Assembly: GCF_006345805.1 (NCBI RefSeq)
Contig: NC_043000.1
Location: forward strand, 53,816,001-53,880,000
Direction of reading: 5' to 3'
DNA: 64,000 nucleotides
From: Octopus sinensis
Lineage: Eukaryota
Shown here: positions 39,746 to 55,435 of the stretch, piece after piece
Numbering within the stretch: the first letter of the stretch is position 1
How the letters are laid out: every line of letters starts with the position of its first letter
Program-made: the position numbers and the translations under genes
Notes under the pieces: generated by a model
The model's database searches: none
What the model saw: the letters and a program-made list of their open reading frames with translations, nothing else
What the model was told of the DNA's origin: nothing

Positions 39746-40889
39746 TTTTGTTATATATACATATAATCCAGAACCATGAGCAAGGAGAAACAAAAGGAGA
39801 GAGTCAATTGCTCTATACTTTTATGTTATATTTAGATGTTTTGAGGTTAAAACACCCGCTTCAGGTAAATTAAATCGGAGATTCGGGGTGGCGAGCTAAT
39901 AAATGATAACCTAGAGAAATACTTAATGTTTTTAGGGAATATGGAAATATGAATGCTTAATTCCTATGAGTTAATGTAATGATGCGTTTTAAACTTTGTA
40001 CAACTAATACTTGAATTATGGGAACGTCTAGGATTCTAATCTCTCATATATTTCAATTCATTTACTTCCAGGTGTTGAAGCTAGATGGCAGAAACGAAGT
40101 GCTACCTGAATGAAAGAACTGAAAAAGAGAATTATTCGTGAGTTCTGAAACCAAATTTGAGTGAAACAAGTGTTTGATATTGGTGGCAAATCATAAGTTC
40201 TACCAAAAGTAGAAATGGCTAGTATTTGTTTTTTATCACCTCTTGTAATTCGTAGAGCACGTTAAATATATTTTGATGTTGTTGATATTGCTGCAGAATC
40301 CTATTCATTGGTACTGAAAACTTAAGATTAGTTGCTGACAGGATGTCTACATCTGCTTACGACGTAGATATAATTGCTGATATTGTTATACTTATGGGGT
40401 TTTGCAGGCGTTCAACTTGGCTCAATTTACAATGATTTTTTTTTCTTAACTCCTACAGCATATTGATCTTATAATAAATTTTAGTTCTAGTTGGTTTAAT
40501 GTTCTTTCATTTTCTGATATGGAACTGGGTCTGGTTTAATTGTTTCTATACACCTTCCTTTTGCATTAAGGTTAAAATTATCTCTTATTTAGCTTGATGT
40601 AGTTCATAGCCATAATATTTTATTAGCAGCGATCAATTTAAACTTTAGTGTTTATAGGGTTTGGGGTTATGTAACAGATAGTAATTACGTTATGCAGGAT
40701 ATGACAGAGAAACATACACACAGCCTTATCTCGGTATATCGAACTATACTATCAAGTGGTGAGTATCCCGCCAAGTAACGCCTACTTCGAAATAGATATG
40801 CATTAATTAGAGATTGATTAAATAAGTATCAGACAGCAAATTGCGTTCAATAAAATCCCCTGAGACGATAAGCATTTGTCTGTGTTAGC

Positions 40890-40930
<41 letters not shown>

Positions 40931-42265
40931 TATACCCGCGTGTATTGATTGTGATTAGATCTTACATCCAAACCTTTCCGAAGCAAATGTTCTCGCAATT
41001 ATCTTATATCATATTTTCGTTTCCCCTGTGGATAATATTGTACATTAAATGACATGAGTGAAATGAATTTGGCACAAACTTAATTCAGAATTACACATTC
41101 TCCGTAATTAAAAATATTAATGTTTCGCAGTTCCTGCTATATGATTCAGATATCTTTAAGAATTAACGACCAGCTTCTTAATATTACTATTGCATTATAT
41201 ATAGCCGAGGATTGTTAGAATTATTAAATGGGATATGATACTTTATTTGATTCTGTAAATTCTGGGTTCAAATTGCAACAAGGTTCAGTTTCACATCTAT
41301 CTTTTCCGGGTAGACAAAATAAGTTGCCAGGGAAAACCGGCTCCTCCCTCTGAAACAGCAGGCCTAGTGCCTAAATTGGACACCATTGTTATTTTGTCAC
41401 TTTACTCCAGGACAATCAAAATTCGAAAAGAAAAGGAAATTACCAAAGATGTCATTCGTTGTATAGTGTAATCACTCGGTTCAATATCGCATGCTTACCA
41501 AATCTATATCAATATAGTATGCATAGTCATTTGTATTGGTTAACCGTTTAGGAGTATAAGATTTTAGAAAAATATATTAATTTAAATTCTGAAGGACCGA
41601 TGAGGTAGTAGTATATTTACAAAGAATAATTCCTCGTTCCAAGGAGGAAAGTTAATATTGCAGTCTTGTGATATCCTCAGTTAAGAAACATGAATCATTA
41701 TTTCTTCTAACTAGTTAACCAATAAATTAATTAGTTTGGAGCTTTCATCATCCTCATTTATCTGATATAATCATGCCTTAAAGTATTTCTCTGTGTGTGT
41801 TAACATATAGGCGTCAACACACATACACACACACTCTCTCATACATACACATATATATTAATTAATATATTTCGTAATTCATCTGCCAGCTCAGATGTAT
41901 GAGAACTTTGTTGAAACAGGCATTGCTGTATAAAACACTACTTGTTGCTCCTGTTTTATCATAGCGTGTTATTTTTATGGATGGTGTAGCCATTATCATT
42001 CGTTTTCTTTGAATCCCTGTAGGTTTTTGAAGTTGGTCTCCATAAAATGTGAGTGTGTGCGTGGGTGTGTGTGTATGCGTGTGTGTTTGCGTATGTGTGA
42101 GTGTGTGTTTGTATGTGCGCAGGTGCATGTGCACGCGCTTGCGACTATATTTTTGTGTGACGTATTTTGATTTACCTAGTTGTCTCGTTTTTACTTCGTT
42201 TCCATTCTCTGTAGTTTTTACTATATACAGATGTGTATGTGATTATATACATACATACACACACA

Positions 42266-42312
<47 letters not shown>

Positions 42313-42703
42313 GTATGTATATACATATATACACATAGATGTGTATATATATATATATAGAGAGAGAGAAAGATATATATATATAGATATATATACACTG
42401 CTGTTATCGTTTTCTTGCAGTTGCAGTTGTATTCTTTCTGTTCTGTCAAATGGTTTAGCTTTACCTTTCTATTTTATTTTTTGCTATTCACTCATGCATG
42501 GTGGTATTCAGTAATCAAAGGCTTTAATATCTATTTGTCATTATGCTTAGCTTTCTTGCTTCTTCACGAACGTGCTTATCTAAACACACCAATAGTTAGG
42601 CATCATTTGGTGTGAGCACCACTAACCAAATATATTTCACGAGAAACAAAGTAAAAGAAAGAACCCAAGATCTTCCATGACATGAATGTTTTGAGTTCCT
42701 TGA

Positions 42704-43060
42704 AGGCGGCTAAGTAGCAGAATCGTTAGCATGCCGGACAAAATGTTTAGCGACAGTTCCTCCATCTTTATGTTCTGAGTTCAAATTCCACCGAGGTCGA
42801 CTTTGCATTTCATAATTTAGGGGTATATAAAATAAGCGTTATTTGAACCCTGAGTTGTTGTAATTGACTTAACCGCCGTCTCTGAAATTACTTGCCTTCT
42901 GAGAAAATTTAAAATGAACATTGTTAGTTGGTTCAAAGTGGCGAGCTAGCAGAATTGCTACCCAGACGTGCAAATTCTTTAGAGATGTTTCATTCGTCTT
43001 TACATTCTGAGTTCATATTCCGTCGAGGTTGGCTTTGCTATTCATTTTCTCTGGATTGAA
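42704..43060 (+). mobile_element. two adjacent SINE family A copies
   Basis: two heads with GCAGAAT.G.TA...TTCTGAGTTCA.ATTC..CGAGGT. Confidence 0.75.
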
Positions 43061-43494
43061 AATATAATACATCCATAACTATTTCACTGCCACGCATTTA
43101 AAATTAGTACTTCTTAATATTTGTCGATATTTGAAACTCGATTCCACTCCAACATTTAAATATTCTACATTGATTATTTTTGTTTTTTATCATATTGGCT
43201 TTTAGAATTGTATTTCTACCAATTTCTTTTGTATTAGACTCAAGCAAGTTAATGGTCACCTGTTACATTCAAAGTCTACACAATAATATTTACTTTACTT
43301 TTTAATTGCATATTATCACTGCTAACTTTATAACTTAATTACATAATCTATGCTAACTAAACGATACAGTTGTGTAACGAGAAGATCTTTATTTTCCCGT
43401 TCCAGTGTATACTTCTAATGACAATTATTGTAAGGTGGCCGATTTTCTATCCTTTCTTTCATATTTCACAACTATAGAATTACAAATATTTTTT

Positions 43495-43592
43495 TCTACT
43501 CTAGGCACAAGGACTGAAATTATGGGGAGGGTGCCAGTCGATTTGATCGACTCCAGTACGCAACTGGTACTTAATTTATCGACCCCGAACGG
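43495..43592 (-). mobile_element. SINE family A 3' half
   Basis: reverse complement of GGGGTCGATAAATTAAGTACCAGTTGCGTACTGG...CTTGTGCCTAGAGTAGAAA. Confidence 0.75.
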
Positions 43593-43593
43593 A

Positions 43594-44113
43594 TGAGAAT
43601 CCATCGTGAGTATCACCCAATCGCTTCTTTTGGCCGGGTGGTGGCTATAGCGAAAGTGTAGTGTGGTGGACGAGGGCGAAAGGACTGAAGACAGACATTT
43701 CTCTCTTTGGCCGAGTCCTCATTGACGTTTTTTAAGTTCCACTTGAAAAGGAAAGTGAGGTTAGAGAGGGAAGTAATGTTTACCCGGTAGTTTTATTGAA
43801 ATGTGGGCGAATGTTGCGAAAATGGCTCATGTAAATGGGCGTACACTGAATGTTCGCCCTTACGCCGGATCAGTTGAGGGAAAGAGAAGAGCCTACCTGG
43901 CGTGCCCTTAGCAGTTGGGGTGACCAGGATGTGTGGGGTGCACTGGTAGGTCCTAGACGGAACTCCCCCTTTGTGGAATTTAATTGTTAGATATTTTTGT
44001 TAACTGATTTTGTTTTTTATACTTCGCACGATTTCTGTTTTAAACTTCACTTGTCCCTTGTTCTCTATTGTCCCTATATGTTTTTGTGTTCTGCCCTTGT
44101 AGCCAATAAAGAA
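43594..44113 (+). mobile_element. L1/Tx1-like LINE 3' end
   Basis: VWWTRAKGLKTD...KFHLKRKVRLEREV remnant, T-rich 3' UTR, ends AATAAAGAAA; clade assignment tentative. Confidence 0.55.
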
Positions 44114-44173
44114 AGGATCATCATCATCATCATCATCATCATCATCGTCGTCGTCGTCGTCATTATCATCATT

Positions 44174-44208
<35 letters not shown>

Positions 44209-45837
44209 TATTAGCGGTGAGCTTGTATCCTAAGCAAGATGAGCTGGGCGAAATGCTCAGTGGCATTACGTCTGTCCCCACGTTCTGAGATGAAATTCCA
44301 CAGAGGAAAATAGGTACCAGTTGAACCCTGATATCAATGAAGCCGACGAGAACGTACTCCCCTAAGAAAAATAATTTGAATTTTTGTTAAATTTCAGATG
44401 TGATATTTATTTGTGGAGCTGAATGAATAAAATTTTAGTTCACTTAGCCTCTGCCATTCAAAATTACGATATCGAATCTGATGTTGGTAAGGCAGTCGGA
44501 CTGTTTACTGCGAACATTGTAGACAATGGAATACCAATGGCAAACCTCTGGAAACTCATTTCATGAAGAATGATCCTTATATAGAAAGTAGACGAAATTT
44601 CAAAGAGAACCGAGCAAATTCTCAGCGTTGTACAAAATACTTTACACTGATATAAAATGTTACTTAGACTAAAAATACCGATTTCATGAGACAGCCGGTT
44701 GTATTGAACATAGAACTAGCAAGAAATAATAATTAACACTGCATCGAGAAGCAAAAGTTCAGAATTTATTATATTGTCTATAATGTTTCACTTGAAGATA
44801 TTAAAATGCTTCTTTTTATTTATTCGTGTAAACTATGGAAGAGAAAGAGAAAAATTTTAATATCTTCAAGTGCAAATGGCTGTCAATAGTAAAATAAATA
44901 CTACATGGAAAAGACGCGGATATAAATCTTATCATATTAATATACTTTTTCTGCCAGTGCGCATGACCTAGTGGTTAGGCTCCGCAATCACTTCGATACA
45001 TCAGTGGTATGACGTACTGTTCAAATAACATCGATTTGATGGAGAGCGAGAACTAATGTACAACACAAAAGTTTAATAATTATAAACAAATCATCTGTGC
45101 AGGTCGGTCGGCAAAAAGCTGAACACAGCTACGTCGTTCTCAACGGCAGAACTCATCCTACATTTTCTGCTTGTTTCAGTCATGCGGTCATGCTGATGTG
45201 TTGCCTCAAAGATCGCAACCGCTACCACAGAACATAAATTTCGATATCTACTTGTTGGACCGTTAGGTTTTGGCTAACAGAGACAGTATGTACACAACAT
45301 AGATATCATGACTTTAATGGGTACAAAAATATGAAACCCCACCACCACACACACCCGTGCGCGTTTACACACTCACACAAACACACACATAGAAGATACA
45401 AACACAAACACACTCACACACCCATAAACATAGAACATACAAACACACACACATAATCATAATCGTTATCCCTATTTCAACAATTAGCTGTGCTATTAAT
45501 GCTACTGTGTTCTTCATAATGGATAATATCAACGAAAACGAGTGTGTCCACAAATTTATACTATCTAGATTTGCTCAGTAACATGCGAAATAAAACTACC
45601 GTGTAAACAAACACGCATCACCCATACATATATACATGCACACATATACATACAGACACAACACACTAATATATGTGTATACATGTGTGTGTGTGTGTTT
45701 ATATTTGAACTAAGTGGTTTTAGATACTCAAGAAGTGTAATATTTTCTCTAGATTGTTGTTAAATATAGTTTTAGTGCTGGTGTTATTTTCAGATTCTAC
45801 ACAAGCTCCCAACGGTGAAATACGAGGGCACTATTAA

Positions 45838-45879
<42 letters not shown>

Positions 45880-45885
45880 CAGTAA

Positions 45886-46329
45886 CAGTCTGGTTTTCAC
45901 GTTTTCTATTGTGGTATTTTAACAAAATTAACACTTTCATACGTAATGTACTTATCAGATTTCAAATGGGTTTGACAATTGAATTCTTGACAACTTTCGT
46001 ACCTCTTAGGAAAACGGTTCATTAAAATGTTCAAACCTGTTTTGAACGGAAATAAAAGCAATGCTATAACAGCCAGTCAATGATGTCGATTAATATATAT
46101 TACCGAATCACAGAATGCAGGTACGCCTGGCAAAACGTGACGTTTAAGAGCATGCAGTTGGTCAAAAATGTGTTCTAAACATTCAGCTGGTTGGTGTGTT
46201 CTAAGAGGTACTAAAGTTGTCAAGAACTCAACTGTCCGTTAAATACATTTGAAATCAAATGAGTACCCTATGTATGAAAGCACTAATTTTGTTGAAATAG
46301 CATAATAAAAAAACATGAAAACGAAACTA
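45886..46329. mobile_element. fold-back element with HHR in each arm
   Basis: arms ~45886-46015 and ~46197-46329; two-arm consensus GAAAT-CTGATGA-GTAC..GTAT-GAAA-GCGC-TA-ATTTT. Confidence 0.75.
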
Positions 46330-46602
46330 AGTTTTAAGTTTATTAAACTGATATATTATTCTATACACATACAAATTCAAAACAATATATGTGTGTGTGT
46401 GTGTGTTAAATTCAACTTACGTTGAAAGTCAACAAACAATGTTTGCTTTAGAAGCATTGAGAGGTATTGAAAGATACATATAATAATTTTATTCTCAAAC
46501 GCAGGATAATGCTAATAATATAGCATGAACAGAATAAACTATCTATAGTTTGCAGAAAAATCTGCGTTTGAGAATAAAATTATTTTCTTATCTGTGGATA
46601 TA

Positions 46603-47431
46603 TATATTGTCAATATTAAAAATAAGGAATACTCCGAAGTAGGAATAGCATTACCTTTCATTCTATAATTATATACCTTGTTTTAGGACCAACACGTTTC
46701 AATTGCACCGATTAATAATCGTTGCAATTGCAATCCAACTATAAATCGTTGCCGTCACTGCAGGGTCTTAAATTGATATACCTCAGTATGACCGTTTAAT
46801 GATTTTCTTTTATAAACCCTACGTTGGGAGCTGTCCGTTAAGTCAGATGCAGACAATCTCAATTTCAAGTTCTTATTGGATAATCATTCTCAGTCCATCA
46901 TTTCAAAACGTTGTATATTTTAAATGATAATTATTCAATTTTACTTCGCAAATGTGAATTTCATCAAGTGCAAGCATCTCAATGCTTGTTCCTGTCTAGA
47001 ATATATTACATCACCCTTGGATGTGAAAATCCTGTAAAATTCTTCTAAACATAGGTCTTCTCAATTTGTTCCAGATCTGTATGGTATTGCAGTACAAATT
47101 TAATCGTATAGTCCTTTTTAATGTCTTTAAAAGATCAGACTAATTTGCTAAGATTCATTTGGAACCTTTTATTTTTATCTTTAAATTAACTCAAATGATT
47201 TGCCAATCTCCTCATGAAAATTAATGATGCCCCACCGATTTAAAAGACTTTCTTACTCTCAGATGAAACTGAAGAGACTGCACTGTTTTATAATATGGTT
47301 GTAATTGCAACGATTTCTAATCCGTACAATTGAAACAGGTGTCGGTCATAAAGGGCGTATATAATTATAGAACTAAACGTAATGCTAGTGCTACTTCAGA
47401 GTAATTCTTTTTTTATAATATTGTTAATATC
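46603..47431. mobile_element. fold-back element with HHR in arms, ~500-bp spacer
   Basis: arms ~46603-46770 and ~47268-47431; CTGAAGA at 47269, GAAA at 47332, TC-GGTC at 47342. Confidence 0.7.
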
Positions 47432-47612
47432 TATACTGCAGGAAACCTATATGGTTAAGGAAATATATTTAGAATTATCCAACAGAATATTCCTCTAATT
47501 TCTTAACTTATAAGAACTTTATGAGATGTATATGTTAACCGTTGAATAACATAGTTTGAATATGTAACTAGAACAAACTGGGAATCGTATTGGGGTAATC
47601 CCTTACTTTTTA

Positions 47613-47660
<48 letters not shown>

Positions 47661-47697
47661 AAAAAGGAGATGTGGAACACGAGTTGTGATATATAAA

Positions 47698-48012
47698 AAA
47701 AGGAAATGAAGAAAATGCTGACAAAATAATTAAAGTAAGGGTGGGTGTATTTAATTAAGTGAAAGTTCTTTTTACCGGTTGCGCATTTGTTATACTTATC
47801 AAAATATATTTTTTTAAGAGAGATAGAGTTCCTTTCTGATAGATTTTGTTCTCTTACCAGATAAGAGAAAAATCTATCTGAAAGGAACTCTATCTCTCTT
47901 AAAAAATATATTTTGATAAGCATAACAAATGCGCAACCGGTAAAAATAACTTTCACCTAATTAAATACACCCACCCTTACTTAAATTATTTTGTCAGCAT
48001 TTTCTTCATTTC

Positions 48013-48016
<4 letters not shown>
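47698..48016. repeat. near-perfect ~320-bp palindrome with HHR-like variant motif
   Basis: arms 47698-47856 and 47862-48016, 5-nt loop CCAGA; (TA)n on both sides. Confidence 0.9.
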
Positions 48017-48101
<85 letters not shown>

Positions 48102-48455
48102 TATATATATATGGATATAGATGTGGATACCCACACCCACACATATTCAAATTCAAATTGGCTGAAGACTAGCAAAGAGAGAGACACAGAGATCAATGTT
48201 TCTGTCATGTCATTGTATAACATCCTCATCGCACATCCACCGATGCCGCTGTATTATGGTGCCTCGAGACAGAATGCATTTGTGGAGATAATGGACAATA
48301 TTTACAAAACAAGAGAAATCATATAAGAACATTAATAAACCCTTAAAGCTCAAGAAGCTAGTGATTCTCTATGACACTGTAATCCATTTATTAGGTTTTT
48401 AAGGTTGTTGATATATAACGTAACGCTAGAAGTAGTTGTAGTAGTAGTAGTAGTT

Positions 48456-48507
<52 letters not shown>

Positions 48508-49507
48508 CAGCAGTAGTAGCAGCAGCAGCAGCAGCAACTGCAGGCAGCCGTCGTCTAAAAGGTGTATGGGAAGAAAAGTGCAACGGTAAAGTGTTGGAGA
48601 TCTGTGAATATTTCTAGACATTGATTGATGACAGTACATCTAGTGACTTGATGCAAGTACTAATACGCCCACCTTTCAATACATACATCTACATAAAAAC
48701 ACACATACACACACACACACACACTCTATCTCTCACTCTTTCTCTCTCTCACACACACACATATATATATATGTATACATATATGTATAGAGATAGATGT
48801 AGATTGATATGTACATAGCTTAATACATTCAGAGTGAAAACATAGTTTCATATGTATCCGTATATATTTATGTGTGCTTGTTCACGCGCGCATGCGTGTT
48901 TGTCTATCTATCCATGTATTATCTATCTATCACTCTCTCTCTTTACACACACGGATATACATATATCTGTGCGTATGTATGTATATACATATGTATTTAA
49001 GTATGTATGTATGTATGCATGCATATATATGTTTACATATGCATGTATGTGTGTATGAATGTCTCAAAAGGCGGCGGGAATGTTGGGCACTGTCGCTAGT
49101 AGCTGTCTTCCTATTTCCGTGAATATTGGTGTTATTGTGCAGGATCAAGATGGTATATCTTTATTCGTTACTACTTTTCTTCTGTATAGACGTATGCATG
49201 TGCATATGTGCGTATGAGACTATGGATGCCCGTATGTTGTTTGCTATGTTTCTGCCACGTTGGAATGGTGTTACGTTGTTCTTTGTTTTTGGTTATGTTC
49301 CCGCTTTTGCATGATGTGTTTATGTGTTTCGTGTGTACGTGAGTGCGCGTGCGCACATTTCTAGTTATACGTGTATGTGTAATATCCTGTATCATAGTGT
49401 TAGTTACACCAAGTGTACTCAATCATACAATTAGATATAGATGCACACATATGATTCAGGACACATGAAAATATAGAAGTTATGTGCTCACACACACACA
49501 CACACAC

Positions 49508-49539
<32 letters not shown>

Positions 49540-49551
49540 ATATATGCATAT

Positions 49552-49623
<72 letters not shown>

Positions 49624-50254
49624 CTAGATCGTCTATAATATATAAAAGCACTGGGTTTCAGCTATTAATACGTATTGATATCGCTACCTATAGTCTTTTC
49701 CACAAATACATATTCATGTGCCCATTTATATACACTTACTTAGATTGTACATCAGTAAAAATGAATTTCGAATATATTAAACGCTCAATCACTCCATCGA
49801 TCATCATGAGATACTATCAACGACTGACTACAAAAGATATTGATGTCATGTTCACTACAAATTAGTATAGAGCTAGAACTTAAAAAAGTTGCCGACACAC
49901 ATCAAGTCTAATTTATGTAACACACCGTCACTTTTGTGGTTGAATGAAAGTGGTATCGATTCATCATTGTTGGGTATACATACGAATGATATGAATTAGA
50001 TTGTTGAATATGAATAGGTTTGCAAACCGAAAGAGATGGATGCCTAAGATATGAGACATAAGCTGTCCTTTAGCTAAATTACCACTAGACAATAGAGAAT
50101 TTAAGCAAAATGTTGGCCTGTTACCTTACAGTAAGACAAGTATTTCATTGACGGAAATTTGGTTTTCAGCATCTACTTACCTTCTTTGTTAGAGAAGTAT
50201 CCATCTCTCTCTTTTAATTTTGCATCAGTTTGTACATCTATCTCCCTCCCTCTC

Positions 50255-50347
<93 letters not shown>

Positions 50348-50764
50348 CATCCATCCATCCATATATCTATCCATCCATCCATCCATCCATATATCTAGCT
50401 AGCTAGACATGTGAACATATATGCATATCTATATAATAATGGAGAAAACTGCTTATTAATTAGGTATGTAATAATTGATAAAATTACTAAATGAATGTAA
50501 TATTAAAAGCTTGACCGTCTGGAAATATTTTTATGAATTCATGTTCTAAGAAATTTCCTATAATTTCGGATTCTTTAACTCCACATTCTCACAAATTTAA
50601 ATATTCATTGCATTCACTGCGTCCAGTTCATTGCATTCACTGCGGAGAAGATTCTAATGTTTAATGATAAACACTATTAATTCGTTGCAGGCAACATTTC
50701 TCGTTTTTATTTGCAACAGTCTCTCATTCTCGCTCGCCATTATAAAATGATAATTTAATAATAG

Positions 50765-51935
<1,171 letters not shown>

Positions 51936-52044
51936 ATATATATATCGGTATATTAAAGAATTTAATATATATATATATAATGAAAATGTGATTTTGTTAG
52001 TATGGCTATTTAAAACGCTATAAGCCTTACAACAATAACTATGG

Positions 52045-52443
52045 GGAAAGGCAGAAACGTTAGCACGCAGGGCGAAATGCTTACCGGTATTTCGTCTGCC
52101 GTTACGTTCTGAGTTCAAATTCCACCGAGGTCGACTTTGCCTTTTATCCTTTCGGGGTCGATTAAATAAGTACCAGTTACGCACTGGAGTCGATATAATC
52201 GACTTAAACCGTTTGTCTGTCCTTGTTTGTCCTCTCTGTGTTTAGCCCATTATGGGTAGTAAAGAAATATGCACTTCGTCTGTATTTATGTTCCGAGTTC
52301 AAATTCCACCGAGGTCGACTTTGCTTTTCATCCCTTCGGGGTCGATAAATTAATTACCAGTTGCGTACTGGGGTCGATGTAACCTAATGCCCCCCCCCCC
52401 CAAAAAAAAAATTTCAGGCCTTATGCCTAGAGTAGAAAAGAAT
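52045..52443 (+). mobile_element. two tandem SINE family A copies
   Basis: two GAGTTCAAATTCCACCGAGGTCGACTTTGC bodies. Confidence 0.85.
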
Positions 52444-52679
52444 AAAGACTATGTGATCGCTGTTGTTTCTAGCACGCTAAACAAGATAGTTTTCAACTAG
52501 CTTTCATTTATATATGATATGCGGCTGAAAACGAAAATTTAGCAGCAAAGGCCCAATGGTAGAAAGAAAGACGGGCAACCGAATCTGATGAAAGCAGGAC
52601 AAAGCGACTGAAACACATGTCTGAATATGCACGGATACGTAGACATGATTCTCTTTTCGCTACACATGACCGACTGGTA

Positions 52680-53614
52680 ACTGTATCTTGAGAGGAAATT
52701 ATTCTACTTCAAAATAATTGTGTCAGTTCGCAAAATTGTTGATGCAACACTAAAGAGATATTTTCTTTGCGATCATATGGAAGTAGTAGTGTTGACGACC
52801 ATTCTAAGACCTCTTACAAAAAGTCATTCTACTTAAAGAGAGTTTGCTAGTTACATTCTTGATGTAGGAAATGGTAACATTCCTGTTAAACAAAGCGTAG
52901 GTGAATTGAAAATCAAACTAAACCAATGACATTTGCCTTAAAAGTGGTACACTTTCAGGTCTAGTTGATTTTTTATATGCCAGCGCCAAAAGTAACTTCA
53001 CAATCCATGTGTGACTTGCAAATAAAACCATTGTTGCCCCAACAAATGAAGCAGCACAATCTGTGAATGATTTTCTATTGACCAGGATCCCTGGTGAGCT
53101 AAATATATACAGAAGCTCAGATACAGTTGACAATCAATCAACTCTGGACCCAATCGAGTCCATCAAAAAACTTACACCATCAGGGTTTCCACTACACATT
53201 CTCAAACTGAAAAAAAATGATGCAAAATTATTCTGGGGAACATTGCAATGGTACAAGCTACATCATTGTCAGTTTACATGACCATATTACTGAGGCGGAG
53301 GTTGCTTCTGGTCGTTATGCAGGATCAACTCTGCTAATTCCAAGAATACCTCATATATCTCAAGAAATGGAATTTACATTCACATTTACACGCAATTTCC
53401 TGTCAAACCAGATTTTGCCTTGACGTGCAACAAGGCACTGGGACAGACATGTGAACAAATTGGAATATATCTTCCAACACAATTTTTCTCACATGGTACG
53501 CTGTGTGTTGCATTACCTAGAGTTCGAAAGAAGGCTAATGTAAAAATATTGGCTGGTATTAATGGAAACAGTATGATTACTTATAATTGTGTCTACAAGG
53601 AGATATTACTTTAA
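52680..53614 (+). pseudogene. Helitron PIF1-like helicase C-terminal half, frameshifted
   Basis: PSGFPLHILKLK, CNGT, IPRI, TCNKALGQT, FFSHGTLCVALPRV, NCVYKEIL. Confidence 0.9.
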
Positions 53615-54908
53615 AGCAAAATATGCATTTTAGTAAGTTTCAGTAAATAGAATTAGCATATAAATTATATATAAAGTAACATATATTTGTGTGGAATTAA
53701 ATTGTTTTGGCATATTTCAAAACATGCCGGATGAATGATATCGTTATATTATATCATTTTAAATTTAGATGTATTTGAAAAAGTAAGGAAACGCCATTCT
53801 CATGTTTTCTCACAGCACCATACTTTTGTGCCCGCGTGTGGGTGTATCCCTCCCTCCTTCCCTCTCTCCATCAATCCACCCATCCATCTATTTATCTATC
53901 TATCTGTCTATCTATCTATGCACACTTATGTAAGTTCTACCAATTATTAATGATAAATATATATAACAGATTGACTTTTTTAAAAAAAGAGGGATTATGA
54001 CTGTGATGAAATAATGAAAGCAATATTTACTAAGCGAGTGGACGCTATTATATGAAGAAATAATTAGACGTAAAATATGATAAAAATGATAAGAATTGGG
54101 AATCAAATGTGGAAATATTATCGAGTGACTAGCATAAAACCGCCTAGAGGGCAGTCTTCCTGCTAGTATGTATACATGTATATTTGTAAAAGTATGAGCG
54201 TGTGTATGTACAGATTTTAATTAGTTTCAAAAGATTATAATTAATCTTTTAAAATTGCGTATGTTGTACAAACATCGGCTTTTCCATATTTCTTATGTGA
54301 ATTCGTATATCATAAATTATTAAATGATTCTTGACTCATTTTATTTCACGATATATCTAATAGGCACCTTTAAAAGGAACACATTTCGTTTTCATAATTT
54401 AACCTTTGCTTTTCAATAACCCGTCAACTGATTTCGGTACAGTTTCTTAATAATGTGACAGTAGTCATGCACGCAATTTCCTGTGCTCATGGTACAATGA
54501 ATATATTTTATTCACCTACAAAATGACATTCAATGAGCATGCTTAACTTAACAATGCCACACATATCATAAAATAATCGATGCTCCGATTCACTCTGAAA
54601 CTTGCTAAGCACATAAAACTTTCATTTCACTGCGGCCCTGATCATTCCCAATCAGGCAAAATGATTTACTCATATACATTTATGAGAAACCGTATTATGT
54701 AGTTAGATGAATAGTAATAATGAACAGATTACATAGGAATGTCATCGAGTCCCGACATGCTGCGATATTACAGTGAATTTGCTGCTGTATTACATAATAG
54801 CAGCCAATAATATTCTGACGTCGATAACTTTCGCTATATCGAAATGGATATTCCTAGATAAAAACACGTTCGCTTAACTGTTCAAATTTCAGTGAGTATG
54901 ATAGATAT

Positions 54909-54975
<67 letters not shown>

Positions 54976-54976
<1 letters not shown>

Positions 54977-55245
54977 GAGAAAGAAGCAACAAGAATGGAT
55001 TAGTTTTTAGTACAATTGTTTCATACAAAGACAGGCTTTATTACAAGTTGCAAAAATTGCAGCAGATAAAAGTGTCCCGTACTCATCACCTAAAATACAT
55101 ATGAGTTCTCCAAACATCTTAGTGGGTGAGGTTATATTCATGAAATATTGGAGATAATTCCATTAAAGGCAGATATAGGTTGCAAACAGATTTCCAAAGT
55201 TCCTTAATGATGATGCACAGTCTTATCACAGATTTTTAAAAACGT
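54976..55245 (-). mobile_element. solo pLTR fragment of the 6852-10122 PLE family, with HHR at 55005-55095
   Basis: homologous to 6855-7115; core reads GTGATGA; stem III is ACAATTGT. Confidence 0.85.
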
Positions 55246-55313
55246 ATTAGTTTCAAAAAGAAGATGAATTAATCCGTAGTGTAGATTTAAATTTGCAGAG
55301 ATGTGAGGAGGAT

Positions 55314-55354
<41 letters not shown>

Positions 55355-55372
55355 TGTGTGGGGGTATATATA

Positions 55373-55420
<48 letters not shown>

Positions 55421-55435
55421 CACACTATTTAAATA

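Noticed and set aside
39770-40700. Possible minus-strand PLE with degenerate HHR near 39830-39870
   Set aside because: Core is mutated at several positions and no convincing protein motifs were recovered.
44789-44872. Perfect 19-bp inverted repeat CACTTGAAGATATTAAAAT
   Set aside because: Short and AT-rich, with no ribozyme core or element boundaries identified.
52585-52625. CTGATGA...GAAACACATGTC resembling an HHR
   Set aside because: No stem I or stem II pairing; lies in Helitron coding remnant, so likely chance.
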